Source of the DNA: a bacterium | GTDB taxonomy: Bacteria; Electryoneota; JAOADG01 | Assembly (NCBI GenBank): GCA_963681965.1 | Contig: OY820579.1 | Coordinates: 192,001 to 256,000, forward strand | Length of the DNA stretch: 64,000 nucleotides | Reading direction: 5' to 3' | Part shown: in pieces, positions 1 to 9,695 of the stretch | Position numbering within the stretch: position 1 is the stretch's first letter | Layout: every line of letters starts with the position of its first letter | Translations under genes and position numbers: made by a program | The notes under the pieces: model-generated | The model's database searches: none | Told to the model about the DNA's origin: nothing | What the model saw: only the letters and a program-made list of their open reading frames with translations

Positions 1-1733
1 TCCGACATCGCATCGCGTGCATTGACACAAAGATTAACGATCACCTGTTCAATCTGTCCGGGATCGACTCGAACCAACCCCAAGTTACCGGCGTATTCTA
101 CTTGCAGATCGATATTTTCACCGATCAACCGCGTCAGCATCTTTTGAATACCGGCAATGATGCTGTCCAAATTAACGATCTTCGGTTCAATTACTTGTTT
201 CCGACTGAATGCGAGAAGTTGTTTCGTCAATGTCGATGCGCGCTCAACTGCTTTTTCGGATTCGGCGATAAATGGCGCTATGCTTGCACTCTCTTCGACG
301 TACATATTGACTAGAGCAAGGTTTCCCGAAATAACGGTGAGCAGATTATTGAAATCGTGCGCAATACCGCCCGCCAAGGATCCGATACTATCCATCTTCT
401 GCGCATGGAAAAATTGTATTTCCAGTTTTTTCTTTTCCGTTATATCGGTATTAATAATTAATATTGTGTCAGGTTCGCCTTTGATATTTCTAACCAAGTT
501 CCATCGACTTGCCAGAATTCGCTCCCGATCGTTGTTATCGAATTGGGTTAACTCACCCATCCATTCGCCGTATTCCAGCGTCGTCAAATATGCTGTTTCA
601 GTATGGAATTCCGAAGTATTTCGCGACAACAATCCATTAATATTTTTACCGATCGCTTCATCTTTCGCCCATCCGTAAACCTGTTCGGCACCGTTATTCC
701 AATATTTAATTTCACCGGTCAACGAAGCGACCAAAATTGCATCATGGGCAATATCCAATAATGTCGCTTGTTCTTTCAAGGATTTTTCGGTTTTTTTGAT
801 TTGGGAGATATCGCTGACAATTTCGATTGCACCATATTGAACACCGAATTTATCTCGCAACGGGCTGGCAGTACACAATATGTTTGCACCAGCACCATTG
901 TATAATGATTGGAGGTAAATCTCGGAATAGAGGATTCCGTTTCGATTCGCGACATAGTCATACGGCAAGTTTTCGTAACTGATTTCTTCACCGACCAGAT
1001 CGATCAGGATAGAACGTTTCATACCGTAAAATGGTACCGCATACGCATAGTCGCCTTTTCCCAAAACTTCGCTTTTTAGAACCCCGGTCATCTGTTCCAA
1101 TGCGTGATTCCAGGCGATCACCTTCTTGTCCTGGTCGATTACGAATGTCGGGTCGGGAAGAAAATCGATAATATCTTCCAACTGTTGTTTGGATTGACCT
1201 AATTCGCGTTCGGTAATTTTGCGATCGGTGATATTGCGGATAATGATGATGATTTGATCGCTTCGCAATGGCGCCAATCGCGCTTCAAAAAATGCTTCAC
1301 TTCCTTTGACATCGATTTTATATTCGTACACGATTAGCTGTTTGAGATCTCGTACTTCTTCGATCGCTCTTTTAAAGCCTTCCGATACTTCGGGATATGG
1401 GATATTGGTAATTTTTTTTCCAACCAGATTCATATCTTTGTGAATCAAATCGGATTCGTTGAAGATATTGTAATCGAGAATTTTACCATCCAAATCGACG
1501 CGAATGAAGAAATCGGGTGAAGCATTGAAAATGGCTTGCATCGACGAATTGATCTGTAACAATTCATGCGAACTAAGATCGAACGAGTGCTCTAACATTC
1601 TCCGATCTTCATCTGCTTGACTATATGCGGAATTTACTGCTTCGACAAACAATCGCAACTTCGGATCGTTTGGCATTTCTTGCGATCCGAAGATTTTCCG
1701 CAATTGACGTTTCAATAAATTGTGGAGTTCCAT
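1..1733 (-). CDS. PAS-domain sensor histidine kinase (NtrB/CckA-like), 3' end runs off the window
   Basis: Not in the ORF track because no stop lies in the window. Hand translation from the ATG at 1733 gives MELHNLLKRQLRKIF..., PAS-like segments, H-box LAGGIAHDFNNLLT and N-box EQVIVNLCVNARDAM. Confidence 0.9.
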   Translation of the reverse strand, partial: MELHNLLKRQLRKIFGSQEMPNDPKLRLFVEAVNSAYSQADEDRRMLEHSFDLSSHELLQINSSMQAIFNASPDFFIRVDLDGKILDYNIFNESDLIHKDMNLVGKKITNIPYPEVSEGFKRAIEEVRDLKQLIVYEYKIDVKGSEAFFEARLAPLRSDQIIIIIRNITDRKITERELGQSKQQLEDIIDFLPDPTFVIDQDKKVIAWNHALEQMTGVLKSEVLGKGDYAYAVPFYGMKRSILIDLVGEEISYENLPYDYVANRNGILYSEIYLQSLYNGAGANILCTASPLRDKFGVQYGAIEIVSDISQIKKTEKSLKEQATLLDIAHDAILVASLTGEIKYWNNGAEQVYGWAKDEAIGKNINGLLSRNTSEFHTETAYLTTLEYGEWMGELTQFDNNDRERILASRWNLVRNIKGEPDTILIINTDITEKKKLEIQFFHAQKMDSIGSLAGGIAHDFNNLLTVISGNLALVNMYVEESASIAPFIAESEKAVERASTLTKQLLAFSRKQVIEPKIVNLDSIIAGIQKMLTRLIGENIDLQVEYAGNLGLVRVDPGQIEQVIVNLCVNARDAMS

Positions 1734-1744
1734 ATTGTACTCAA

Positions 1745-2884
1745 TTATACTTCTTTAATCGTTGTAATCGTCATGGTTTGATTGTGCAATTCACACATCA
1801 AGTTGTTTCGAAATGGGGACAATTCACCGTACGAATAAAATCCGGTCAGTGCGCATTGATTTCCGAGAACATCGCGTACCGCTTCAATTTCTTCTTCAAT
1901 CCGTAAACCAAGTACCAATTTTCTACCGATACAACTAATTAATATTGCCAGTGTCGGTTCTTTCACCTGCTCGTCGGTAAGACTCGCTTCTGCAGCTCCC
2001 TGAGCACCATCGATCAAGCGATCGAAATTTGCTTTCATTAATTGAGCAAACGATCCCTGTGGAACGTCACCGGCAAAGATCATACTCTGAGTCGTTTCAT
2101 CCACTGAAAGAATGGTTCGAACGACACCGGGATCGTTTTCATTTGCACGCACGTTTAGAGGAAACAACAGTGCTGCCGATGGGAGTTCGTTGGCTCGATC
2201 GCCAAGGTACTCTTTGTAAAGCTGTAACGCCGGTTTTCCATCCATTTCATACAAAACGTTTCCACTCGATTTCGTGATCAAACGATTCGGTCCGAAGGGA
2301 TCCCATCCTCCCATCGATCCGTATCCGATTCGAATTCGGTCACCGTAAAAACCGATCGCAGCTATAATTCCCGATTCCGGTTCGCTATTCGATAGAACGA
2401 ACGTTTCCTTGAAGTTCGCGCCATCACCCGATAGACCTCCGGTAACTGCGACTTTGGTTGGCAACCGACTCGTCATTCCTTTTGCTAACTCGGTACCATT
2501 CACAAGTTGTCCATCCGATAAGACAAAAACATGTTTCAAATCAGTCGTTGGTAAACCGTCAATCAGCGCTTGACCAGCAGCAAAACTGTTTACTTGTTCG
2601 GTTATTTTAATCCGACTACCCTTAATAAGGGTGTGATCAAATTTGATCGCAGCAGCCGAAATCGAGTCGTCCAATACTTGCAAGTCGAAAATTTCGCCGG
2701 CAGTCGAACAACCGATAAAATATGCGTTCGGGTAAAATCCTCGCAGGGTTTCTAGTTCGGTTCGATTCGCGATACATTTTTTCGATCCGAAAATAATTAC
2801 GAGTTGTGCCGAATCGGTAAGTTCACCGGCAGGTTGAATAACCCATCCAGATTCACTTGTCCAAAGACTTTGTTCGATTTTCAT
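1745..2884 (-). CDS. FIST (FIST_N/FIST_C) signal-transduction protein
   Basis: Motifs GCSTAGEI, GGLSGDG, GWDPFG, SCIGRK and GFYSYGEL...LHNQTMT. Start set at the ATG of MKIEQ (ORF track extends to 2983). Ends 11 nt before the kinase. Confidence 0.9.
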   Translation of the reverse strand: MKIEQSLWTSESGWVIQPAGELTDSAQLVIIFGSKKCIANRTELETLRGFYPNAYFIGCSTAGEIFDLQVLDDSISAAAIKFDHTLIKGSRIKITEQVNSFAAGQALIDGLPTTDLKHVFVLSDGQLVNGTELAKGMTSRLPTKVAVTGGLSGDGANFKETFVLSNSEPESGIIAAIGFYGDRIRIGYGSMGGWDPFGPNRLITKSSGNVLYEMDGKPALQLYKEYLGDRANELPSAALLFPLNVRANENDPGVVRTILSVDETTQSMIFAGDVPQGSFAQLMKANFDRLIDGAQGAAEASLTDEQVKEPTLAILISCIGRKLVLGLRIEEEIEAVRDVLGNQCALTGFYSYGELSPFRNNLMCELHNQTMTITTIKEV

Positions 2885-3187
2885 ATCAATACCTAGAGTT
2901 ATTAGAATTCGGATGATTCCACGAATAGTATTCGAACTGATGCAAGAAAATTTTACTTTGACACTGTTGATAGGATCATGCAAGAAACTGAGGAATATTG
3001 GATAAAACGTAGCGATAGAACTGTCTTAGTAAATAATATGAATTTCTTTTGACCAAAACAATCGATACTTCCTCGATCAATTCGATTGTGTAATAACAGA
3101 GTTTGTATGGGGAGATTATTGCATACATACACATCAAAAAAATAGATACATATTCTTTTTCGAGTTATCTTCCGAAAATGTAATAAA

Positions 3188-3205
3188 TGCCGATAATTAT
3201 CGGCA
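3188..3205. promoter_or_regulatory. Perfect 18-bp palindrome TGCCGATAATTATCGGCA in a divergent intergenic region; candidate operator
   Basis: Perfect inverted repeat, GC-richer than its AT-rich surroundings, between the divergent FIST and hflX starts. Confidence 0.4.
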
Positions 3206-3488
3206 CTTATCTGTTTTACAGTCGGTCAATAAATCAAATTTCATCGCTCACAGATGATAAAAATTCATTATAAAAGCTGAATTTAGTGGTGCTCTACCGC
3301 GTTTTAGTAAACATTGTAAATCACTCTACCAGATGTTTTCGCGTAACTGTTACATATCCAGTATTTACAACGAAAAATAGAGAATCATCAATTTCAAACG
3401 TATATTGTGAGCCATGTGGCACTTTTGTTGTCACTTTTTTTGTCTCCTTGGCATAGCGCAGCATCCAAATTATTTAGAAAGAGTCGGA

Positions 3489-5975
3489 ATGACGCAATCA
3501 AACGAAGTGTCCGACCATCCGCCCGAACGGGCGTTATTGGTCGGTGTTATTAAACGGGGTACTACTCGCGAGCAAGTCACGGAAACCCTTGACGAATTGG
3601 CACAATTGGCAGATACTGCCGGTGCTTTTGTAGTTGATCGTATCATTCAGGAACGATCGTCTCCTGAAGCCGCGACTTATATCGGTTCTGGATTGGTCGC
3701 TAGTCTAGCTGAACGAGTAGCAGAAGAAAAAATTGAATTGGTGTTATTCGACGACGACCTCTCCCCGGCACAAGCGAAGAATCTGGAAGAAGCTTGGGTA
3801 GGTGCAAGAGTCATTGACCGCACAGGATTGATACTGGATATTTTTGCGAAACGTGCCCGCACACGCGAAGCGATCACTCAAGTCGAATTGGCGCAACTGG
3901 AATATTTACTTCCTCGCCTCACCGGGCGCTGGGCGCACCTTGAACGACAGCAGGGTGGTATTGGTTTGCGCGGACCGGGTGAAACTCAGCTTGAGACCGA
4001 CCGTCGGTTAATCCGCGAAAAAATCTCCAACCTCAAACGGATGCTGCAACTCATCGAACAACAACGTTCACTCCGTCGACAAAACCGCGAAAGTAGTTTT
4101 CGAATTGCGTTAGTTGGTTATACCAATGCCGGAAAAAGCACGCTACTGAAAGCACTTTGTGGTGGCGAACCGTTCATTGAAGACCGGTTGTTTGCAACGC
4201 TTGATCCACTGGTACGACCATTGCGCCTTCCGAACAGTACGGAACCGGCATTACTGACCGATACTGTAGGATTTATCCGCAAGCTTCCTCACAGTTTGGT
4301 GGCAAGTTTTCACTCCACATTAGCCGAAGTATCGGAAGCGAATTTGTTACTGCATATCGCCGATGCCTCGCATCCCGCTTGCGAAAAACAGATGGCAGAA
4401 GTTCAAAAAGTGTTGGTTGAAATCGGTGCCGATAAAGTACCGACGATTGAAGTTTTCAATAAGATCGATCAGTTGGATGAATCGGGACGAATCACCGAAT
4501 TGAAAATGCATTATCCCAATGCACTCTTTATCAGTGCCTTACGCGGTCACCGGTTGTGGGAACTAAAAAACACGATAGCCGAACGTCGAACTGCCGATTG
4601 GGGTGGATTTGAAGTCACACTATCAGCAGAAGGCGCTGGTGAAGGCGAAAGTGCTGTTTATCGATTAGGCGAAGTAATCGAAAAAGAAGTGAATGAAGAA
4701 GGTATTACAAAGATCCGTTATCGCGTTCCAGTGCGGTATCAACGGGAATTACAGGAGGCACTCGTGCCACATACCCATAAACCGCCCGTAAAGAAACGCG
4801 CGCTACCGGTTGACCTTCAAGAAGTCGATTATCAGACTGAAACGTCACCTCGACCGCGTCATACCCGCGAGCAATCGGAATATTCTCCGCAAATGCGCCG
4901 CGAACAATTTGGTAATCGCGATGAAGGCGAGACACCAGATCGCGAAAATCGTCCACCACGACGTGAATTTGATGACAGACCACCGCGACGGGATTATAGT
5001 GATCGTCCACCGCGTCGGGATTTTGGCGATAGACCTCCTCGTCGGGAATTCGGTGATAGACCGCCACGAAGAGAAGGGGATGATCGTCCGCCGAGAAGAG
5101 ATTTTGGAGATCGTCCACCGCGACGGGACTTTGGCGACCGTCCACCACGACGGGAATTCGGTGATAGACCGCCACGAAGAGAAGGGGATGATCGTCCGCC
5201 GAGAAGAGATTTTGGAGATAGACCGCCACGGCGAGATTTTGGCGATAGACCACCAAGACGGGAATTCGGGGATCGACCGCCACGACGAGAAGGGGATGAT
5301 CGTCCACCGAGACGCGACTTTGGCGACCGTCCACCGAGAAGAGATTTTAGCGATAGACCGCCACGACGGGAATTTGGGGACAGACCACCACGGCGAGAAG
5401 GGGATGATCGACCACCGCGACGCGACTTTGGCGACCGTCCACCGAGAAGAGATTTCGGCGATAGACCACCACGGCGGGAGTTCGGAGATCGACCACCTAG
5501 ACGAGAGTTTGGGGACAGACCACCACGACGGGAGTTCGGAGATCGTCCACCTAGACGAGAAGGTGGAGATAGACCACCACGGCGGGAGTTTGGAGACAGA
5601 CCACCTAGACGAGAGTTTGGAGACAGACCACCACGGCGGGAGTTCGGAGATCGACCACCGCGACGAGAGTTTGGAGACAGACCACCACGGCGAGAATTCG
5701 GAGATCGTCCGCCAAGACGGGAAGGTGGAGACAGACCACCACGGCGGGAGTTCGGAGATCGTCCGCCAAGACGGGAAGGTGGAGACAGACCACCACGGCG
5801 GGAATTCGGTGATCGACCACCAAATCGGGAGGGTGGAGACAGACCACCACGACGGGAATTCGGAGATCGTCCACCAAGAAGAGAAGGTGGAGACCGACCA
5901 GCTCGATCCTATTCGGGAAAACCGAGTAGTGGTAAGCGGTATGGATCTAACGATAAGCCGAAGAAACGTTACTAA
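3489..5975 (+). CDS. hflX: GTPase HflX with a very long C-terminal repetitive extension
   Basis: ILDIFAKRARTREA, GPGETQLETDRR, GYTNAGKSTL, LFATLD, DTVGFI and NKID motifs. Likely start is the ATG at 3489 (MTQSNE). Confidence 0.95.
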   Translation: MTQSNEVSDHPPERALLVGVIKRGTTREQVTETLDELAQLADTAGAFVVDRIIQERSSPEAATYIGSGLVASLAERVAEEKIELVLFDDDLSPAQAKNLEEAWVGARVIDRTGLILDIFAKRARTREAITQVELAQLEYLLPRLTGRWAHLERQQGGIGLRGPGETQLETDRRLIREKISNLKRMLQLIEQQRSLRRQNRESSFRIALVGYTNAGKSTLLKALCGGEPFIEDRLFATLDPLVRPLRLPNSTEPALLTDTVGFIRKLPHSLVASFHSTLAEVSEANLLLHIADASHPACEKQMAEVQKVLVEIGADKVPTIEVFNKIDQLDESGRITELKMHYPNALFISALRGHRLWELKNTIAERRTADWGGFEVTLSAEGAGEGESAVYRLGEVIEKEVNEEGITKIRYRVPVRYQRELQEALVPHTHKPPVKKRALPVDLQEVDYQTETSPRPRHTREQSEYSPQMRREQFGNRDEGETPDRENRPPRREFDDRPPRRDYSDRPPRRDFGDRPPRREFGDRPPRREGDDRPPRRDFGDRPPRRDFGDRPPRREFGDRPPRREGDDRPPRRDFGDRPPRRDFGDRPPRREFGDRPPRREGDDRPPRRDFGDRPPRRDFSDRPPRREFGDRPPRREGDDRPPRRDFGDRPPRRDFGDRPPRREFGDRPPRREFGDRPPRREFGDRPPRREGGDRPPRREFGDRPPRREFGDRPPRREFGDRPPRREFGDRPPRREFGDRPPRREGGDRPPRREFGDRPPRREGGDRPPRREFGDRPPNREGGDRPPRREFGDRPPRREGGDRPARSYSGKPSSGKRYGSNDKPKKRY
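4959..5903 (+). repeat. Coding tandem repeat, 35 x 27 nt (RR[D/E][F/G][G/D]DRPP)
   Basis: 35 nine-residue units counted in the translation. Near-identical DNA blocks lie 108 nt apart (5043/5151) and 54 nt apart (5697/5751). Confidence 0.95.
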
Positions 5976-6020
5976 ATTCTACTGGTTCAAATTAATAGAG
6001 CCGGGGAAATTTATAAAAAC

Positions 6021-6053
6021 AAATCGGGCGAGTCATTGCGACTCGCCCGATTT
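6021..6053. terminator. Bidirectional intrinsic terminator
   Basis: AAATCGGGCGAGTC-attgc-GACTCGCCCGATTT between convergent hflX and mgl. Confidence 0.8.
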
Positions 6054-6097
6054 ATTATCCATCATCTTGCTCGGATAATCACCGAGTATAGCGAATG

Positions 6098-7279
6098 CTA
6101 GACATGCGTGAAAGCTTGTTCCAGATCGGCTAACAAATCTTCGATGTCCTCGATACCGACGGAATAGCGCACTAATCCATCGCTGATTCCACCTTCCAAA
6201 CGCGCTTCCGGTTTCATACTAGCATGAGTCATTGATGCAGGATGCTCGATCAACGTCTCAACACCACCCAACGATACTGCCAGAATTGACAGCTTGACAT
6301 GATCCATCAGCGCGATACCAGCTTTCAAGCCACCTTTCAGCTCGAAGGCAATCATCGAACCGAAACCGGTCATCTGTTTTTTCGCCAATTCATGTTGCGG
6401 ATGCGAAGGGAGACCGATGTATCGGACCCAATCCACTTTCGGATTGGCTTCGAGCCATTTGGCAATGATCATCGCATTCTTTTCCGCTTCGCGAATTCGG
6501 ATCGGCAGTGTTTTGATGCCACGAAGCACCATATATGCCTGATGAGGATCCATATTGCAGCCGACTGCGATCATCAGTGGACGAATCTTCTTGTACAGTT
6601 CTTCCGTCTTGGTGACGATAATTCCCCCGACGATATCGGCGTGACCGTTGAGGAACTTGGTGACTGAATGCAGGACAACATCGGCACCCAGTGCCAATGG
6701 TTGCTGTAAATACGGGCTGGCAAAAGTATTGTCGACTACCAATAACGCATTGTGTTTGTGCGCGATTTCCGCCATTGCCGCAATATCGGTCACCAGCATC
6801 GAAGGGTTCGATGGTGTTTCGATATAGAGGATCTTGGTGTTAGGTCGCATCGCTGCAGCGACATTTTCGACGATGGTGGTGTCAAGATAAGTCGATTCGA
6901 CTCCGAACCGCGACATATGATTTTCCATCAGACCGCGCGAAGGACCATACACCGAAGCGGTACTAACAATGTGATCCCCTTTGGACAATAACGATAGATA
7001 AACGGTGCTAACAGCACCCATTCCCGAACTAGTAGCGATGCCACCAAATCCGTTTTCCAAAATCGCGACGTTGTCTTCCAATGCGCGAATTGTCGGATTG
7101 CCAAGTCGAGTGTAGATGTAGCCATCTTCTTGTGCCGCAAATAGCGATGCACCATGAGCAGCATTTTTAAAGGCAAAAGTGGAAGATTGGTAGATTGGAA
7201 CATTAACTGCGCCAGATGGATCACCATCATAGCCGGCATGAATGGATTTCGTCTTAAATCCGTGATGATTCGATTTCAT
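6098..7279 (-). CDS. mgl: Methionine gamma-lyase / Cys-Met metabolism PLP enzyme
   Basis: [32 protein letters not shown] (PLP Lys) and [19 protein letters not shown]. Confidence 0.85.
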   Translation of the reverse strand: MKSNHHGFKTKSIHAGYDGDPSGAVNVPIYQSSTFAFKNAAHGASLFAAQEDGYIYTRLGNPTIRALEDNVAILENGFGGIATSSGMGAVSTVYLSLLSKGDHIVSTASVYGPSRGLMENHMSRFGVESTYLDTTIVENVAAAMRPNTKILYIETPSNPSMLVTDIAAMAEIAHKHNALLVVDNTFASPYLQQPLALGADVVLHSVTKFLNGHADIVGGIIVTKTEELYKKIRPLMIAVGCNMDPHQAYMVLRGIKTLPIRIREAEKNAMIIAKWLEANPKVDWVRYIGLPSHPQHELAKKQMTGFGSMIAFELKGGLKAGIALMDHVKLSILAVSLGGVETLIEHPASMTHASMKPEARLEGGISDGLVRYSVGIEDIEDLLADLEQAFTHV

Positions 7280-7469
7280 TTATCTCCTTATAGCCCTCGA
7301 GGTGAATTTCCAATATCAAGCACCGATACCCCGGTTATGACCTGACCACCAATGAGCGCTCACTGTTGTGAATTTCGATATCCGAATATAAGCAATCAAC
7401 AGAAGTTCGACCAACTTCACGGATTTCTTGCCATAAACCTACGATAAACTGTGAATTGCCCCAATACTA

Positions 7470-9461
7470 TCATTCCCAGCGTATTGTTCCCCCCTCTCGA
7501 TCAATACCAATTCCTTTCAGAATTGGTAATCGTTTATCGGGGTGTAGAAGATGAGTTGTATTGTTTTTCATCAATTTTTCGGAATAGCGATCTTTCCCGC
7601 CCAAATCTAGGAATATTCCTGTAGTGAGAACTTCAGCGCGCAATCCGGTCGATGAATAATTGATACAATCGCCGAAACCGTTTCCAGTATCGTAGACGTC
7701 ATCGCCGGAATAGTCGACAAACAGCGCGACACTGCTGTTCATGCTGGTTCCGAGTGAATTACCGATCATGTGGTATTCATCGTTCCCCGCTTCATCGAGA
7801 AAAATACTGACGCAAAAATCGTGGGGACAACAAGCACCCATCGCAATCGATGTGGTATAGGAATCGTTGCCGGTACTATCGATCAAGTAGCTAATACCCA
7901 TGTGTGCAGTCGCCGATTGCGCATAGAACGCGGCATTGTAAATGTCGTTACCACTCCGATCATCCAGTACTCCGATACCGAACCAATATCCGACCGATTG
8001 GGCAAAGACACCACCGGAATAGAAATCGTTACCAGCACCATCGAGCAGCATTCCCACACCACCCGCGAGCGAGTGTCCATCGATAAAATCGCGACGCATT
8101 CCGAATCCGGCACCTTGACTCATGCTGGAGTTGTGTTTATCACTCTGCTGTCCCGGAAAGAGAATGTCGACATCCTCAGCGATATAGCGATCGTCACCGG
8201 AACCATCGACCAGAAATCCTGCGCCAAGTGTCATCCCACACCCCTGACTCTCGATATAGGCGTGATAAGTATCTTTTCCCGCTTGATCCGAAAGACATCC
8301 AATTCCGAAGAAACCAAATCCCTGGGCACTACTGAAAGCATCGTACGCATCGTCGCCATCGCGATCATTCAAGATACCGGTTCCGGCAACTCCGCAACCC
8401 TGCGAATAACTTTTCGAAGTATAGCAATCATTTCCATGCAGATCGGCTAACAATCCCCATCCCAGAATCCCGGCGCCAAACGAAGGGATATCAGCATTCG
8501 CTTCATACCGATCGTTCCCCTTGGTGTCGATCAACAGTCCTATGGGAAATTTCGCACCACCCGTTGCACCACCACTGATGTAGATATCGTCACCGCCGGT
8601 ATCGACAATCAAGAGATAGTGTCCAATGTCGGATGAATAACGACTATTGCTCCCACCAGAAAGGACAATCCAGCCATAGCGGGTCTGACAGCGGAAATCG
8701 AATTGCTCGGTTGCCGAAACCGAATCGAGTTCGGCACATGCTGCATCAAATGCTGCGGTGAGATCATCGGCTCCTGAGTTCATCAGGAAATAGTCAATTT
8801 TCGCTAGCAATTCAGTCTGATTGTACCACTTCTCGTTGCTTTCCGGGAAGGGTTCCTCCGCTTGCGTAGAGTCCCCTTTCTTTTGAGGTTTTTCCATCGG
8901 TTCGATTAGCGATCGGTAAAGCGATGGAAGTGAATCCGTAGGTATTTTACGTAACGCCAGTTTACGCCACTCCAGCGCGTCTTTCGCTGCCAACAGCAGC
9001 ATTGCCGATGCGTGTTGCACCGGTTTGGGCAATTGCTTTATATCGGGAATAGTCACGGTTGAGTCAATCGCTTTTATCGCTTTCAACAATGCCTGCTCGG
9101 CTTCAACTTGTTTGCGGTATTGGTCTAATGGTGCTGGCGCGATCAGATCGCGAACCGTCACACACGACAGGATCGAGGCGGCAGTGCGATGCAGATCGTG
9201 GGTTTTACCGATACCGGCAAGTAGCGAATTGCGCCAGTTCCGCTCCCACACGGGAATTTTCAACGGATGCTGAAACCACTGTTCGAATACCGGCAGCTTA
9301 AACGAAGTACCACTTCGCACCATGAGCACTTCGGGGTCGACCCGGAATTGCTCGCGCGATAATTGCAATTGGGCAAAGCAGCTATCCAAAAGGTCGGAAG
9401 ATGCAAAGCTGACCGTTGAAATCAGCAATAACGGAAAGATGGTGAAGTTGCGGTAGTTCAT
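7470..9461 (-). CDS. Secreted protein with ~12 GxGxLxDxxG[N/D]DxY repeats
   Basis: Signal peptide from MNYRNF (ATG 9461). Repeats include DTGGDDIY, DTKGNDRY, DLHGNDCY, DRDGDDAY, DGSGDDRY and DGAGNDFY. Confidence 0.8.
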   Translation of the reverse strand: MNYRNFTIFPLLLISTVSFASSDLLDSCFAQLQLSREQFRVDPEVLMVRSGTSFKLPVFEQWFQHPLKIPVWERNWRNSLLAGIGKTHDLHRTAASILSCVTVRDLIAPAPLDQYRKQVEAEQALLKAIKAIDSTVTIPDIKQLPKPVQHASAMLLLAAKDALEWRKLALRKIPTDSLPSLYRSLIEPMEKPQKKGDSTQAEEPFPESNEKWYNQTELLAKIDYFLMNSGADDLTAAFDAACAELDSVSATEQFDFRCQTRYGWIVLSGGSNSRYSSDIGHYLLIVDTGGDDIYISGGATGGAKFPIGLLIDTKGNDRYEANADIPSFGAGILGWGLLADLHGNDCYTSKSYSQGCGVAGTGILNDRDGDDAYDAFSSAQGFGFFGIGCLSDQAGKDTYHAYIESQGCGMTLGAGFLVDGSGDDRYIAEDVDILFPGQQSDKHNSSMSQGAGFGMRRDFIDGHSLAGGVGMLLDGAGNDFYSGGVFAQSVGYWFGIGVLDDRSGNDIYNAAFYAQSATAHMGISYLIDSTGNDSYTTSIAMGACCPHDFCVSIFLDEAGNDEYHMIGNSLGTSMNSSVALFVDYSGDDVYDTGNGFGDCINYSSTGLRAEVLTTGIFLDLGGKDRYSEKLMKNNTTHLLHPDKRLPILKGIGIDREGGTIRWE

Positions 9462-9695
9462 AATGTATTCCGGGTTTGTTGGATGTAAAATGAATAGAAT
9501 CACAGGAAAACGCAATTCAATTTGGAAAAAATCCGAAAAAGAGTCCTCAATCAGTTGTTTTCATTTCATCGCGACTAATCCGGATATATATTGTAGCTAT
9601 CAAAATAGCGGTAGTATGCAGAAAATCTTCTGGAATTGAATTGATGGTTGATGGTTGATTATTCGTCCCTTCGTTACGATAACATGAGGTGTATT

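Noticed and set aside
102-991. Small ORFs in the first kilobase
   Set aside because: They overlap the minus-strand histidine kinase, which has clear H- and N-boxes.
4959-5903. CRISPR array interpretation of the 27-nt periodicity
   Set aside because: There are no unique spacers, variation is at synonymous positions, the region is in frame with hflX, and no cas genes are present.
4705-6078. Alternative-frame ORFs (422, 209 and 90 aa) over the hflX tail
   Set aside because: They are shadows of a stop-poor repeat; only the HflX frame conserves amino acids.
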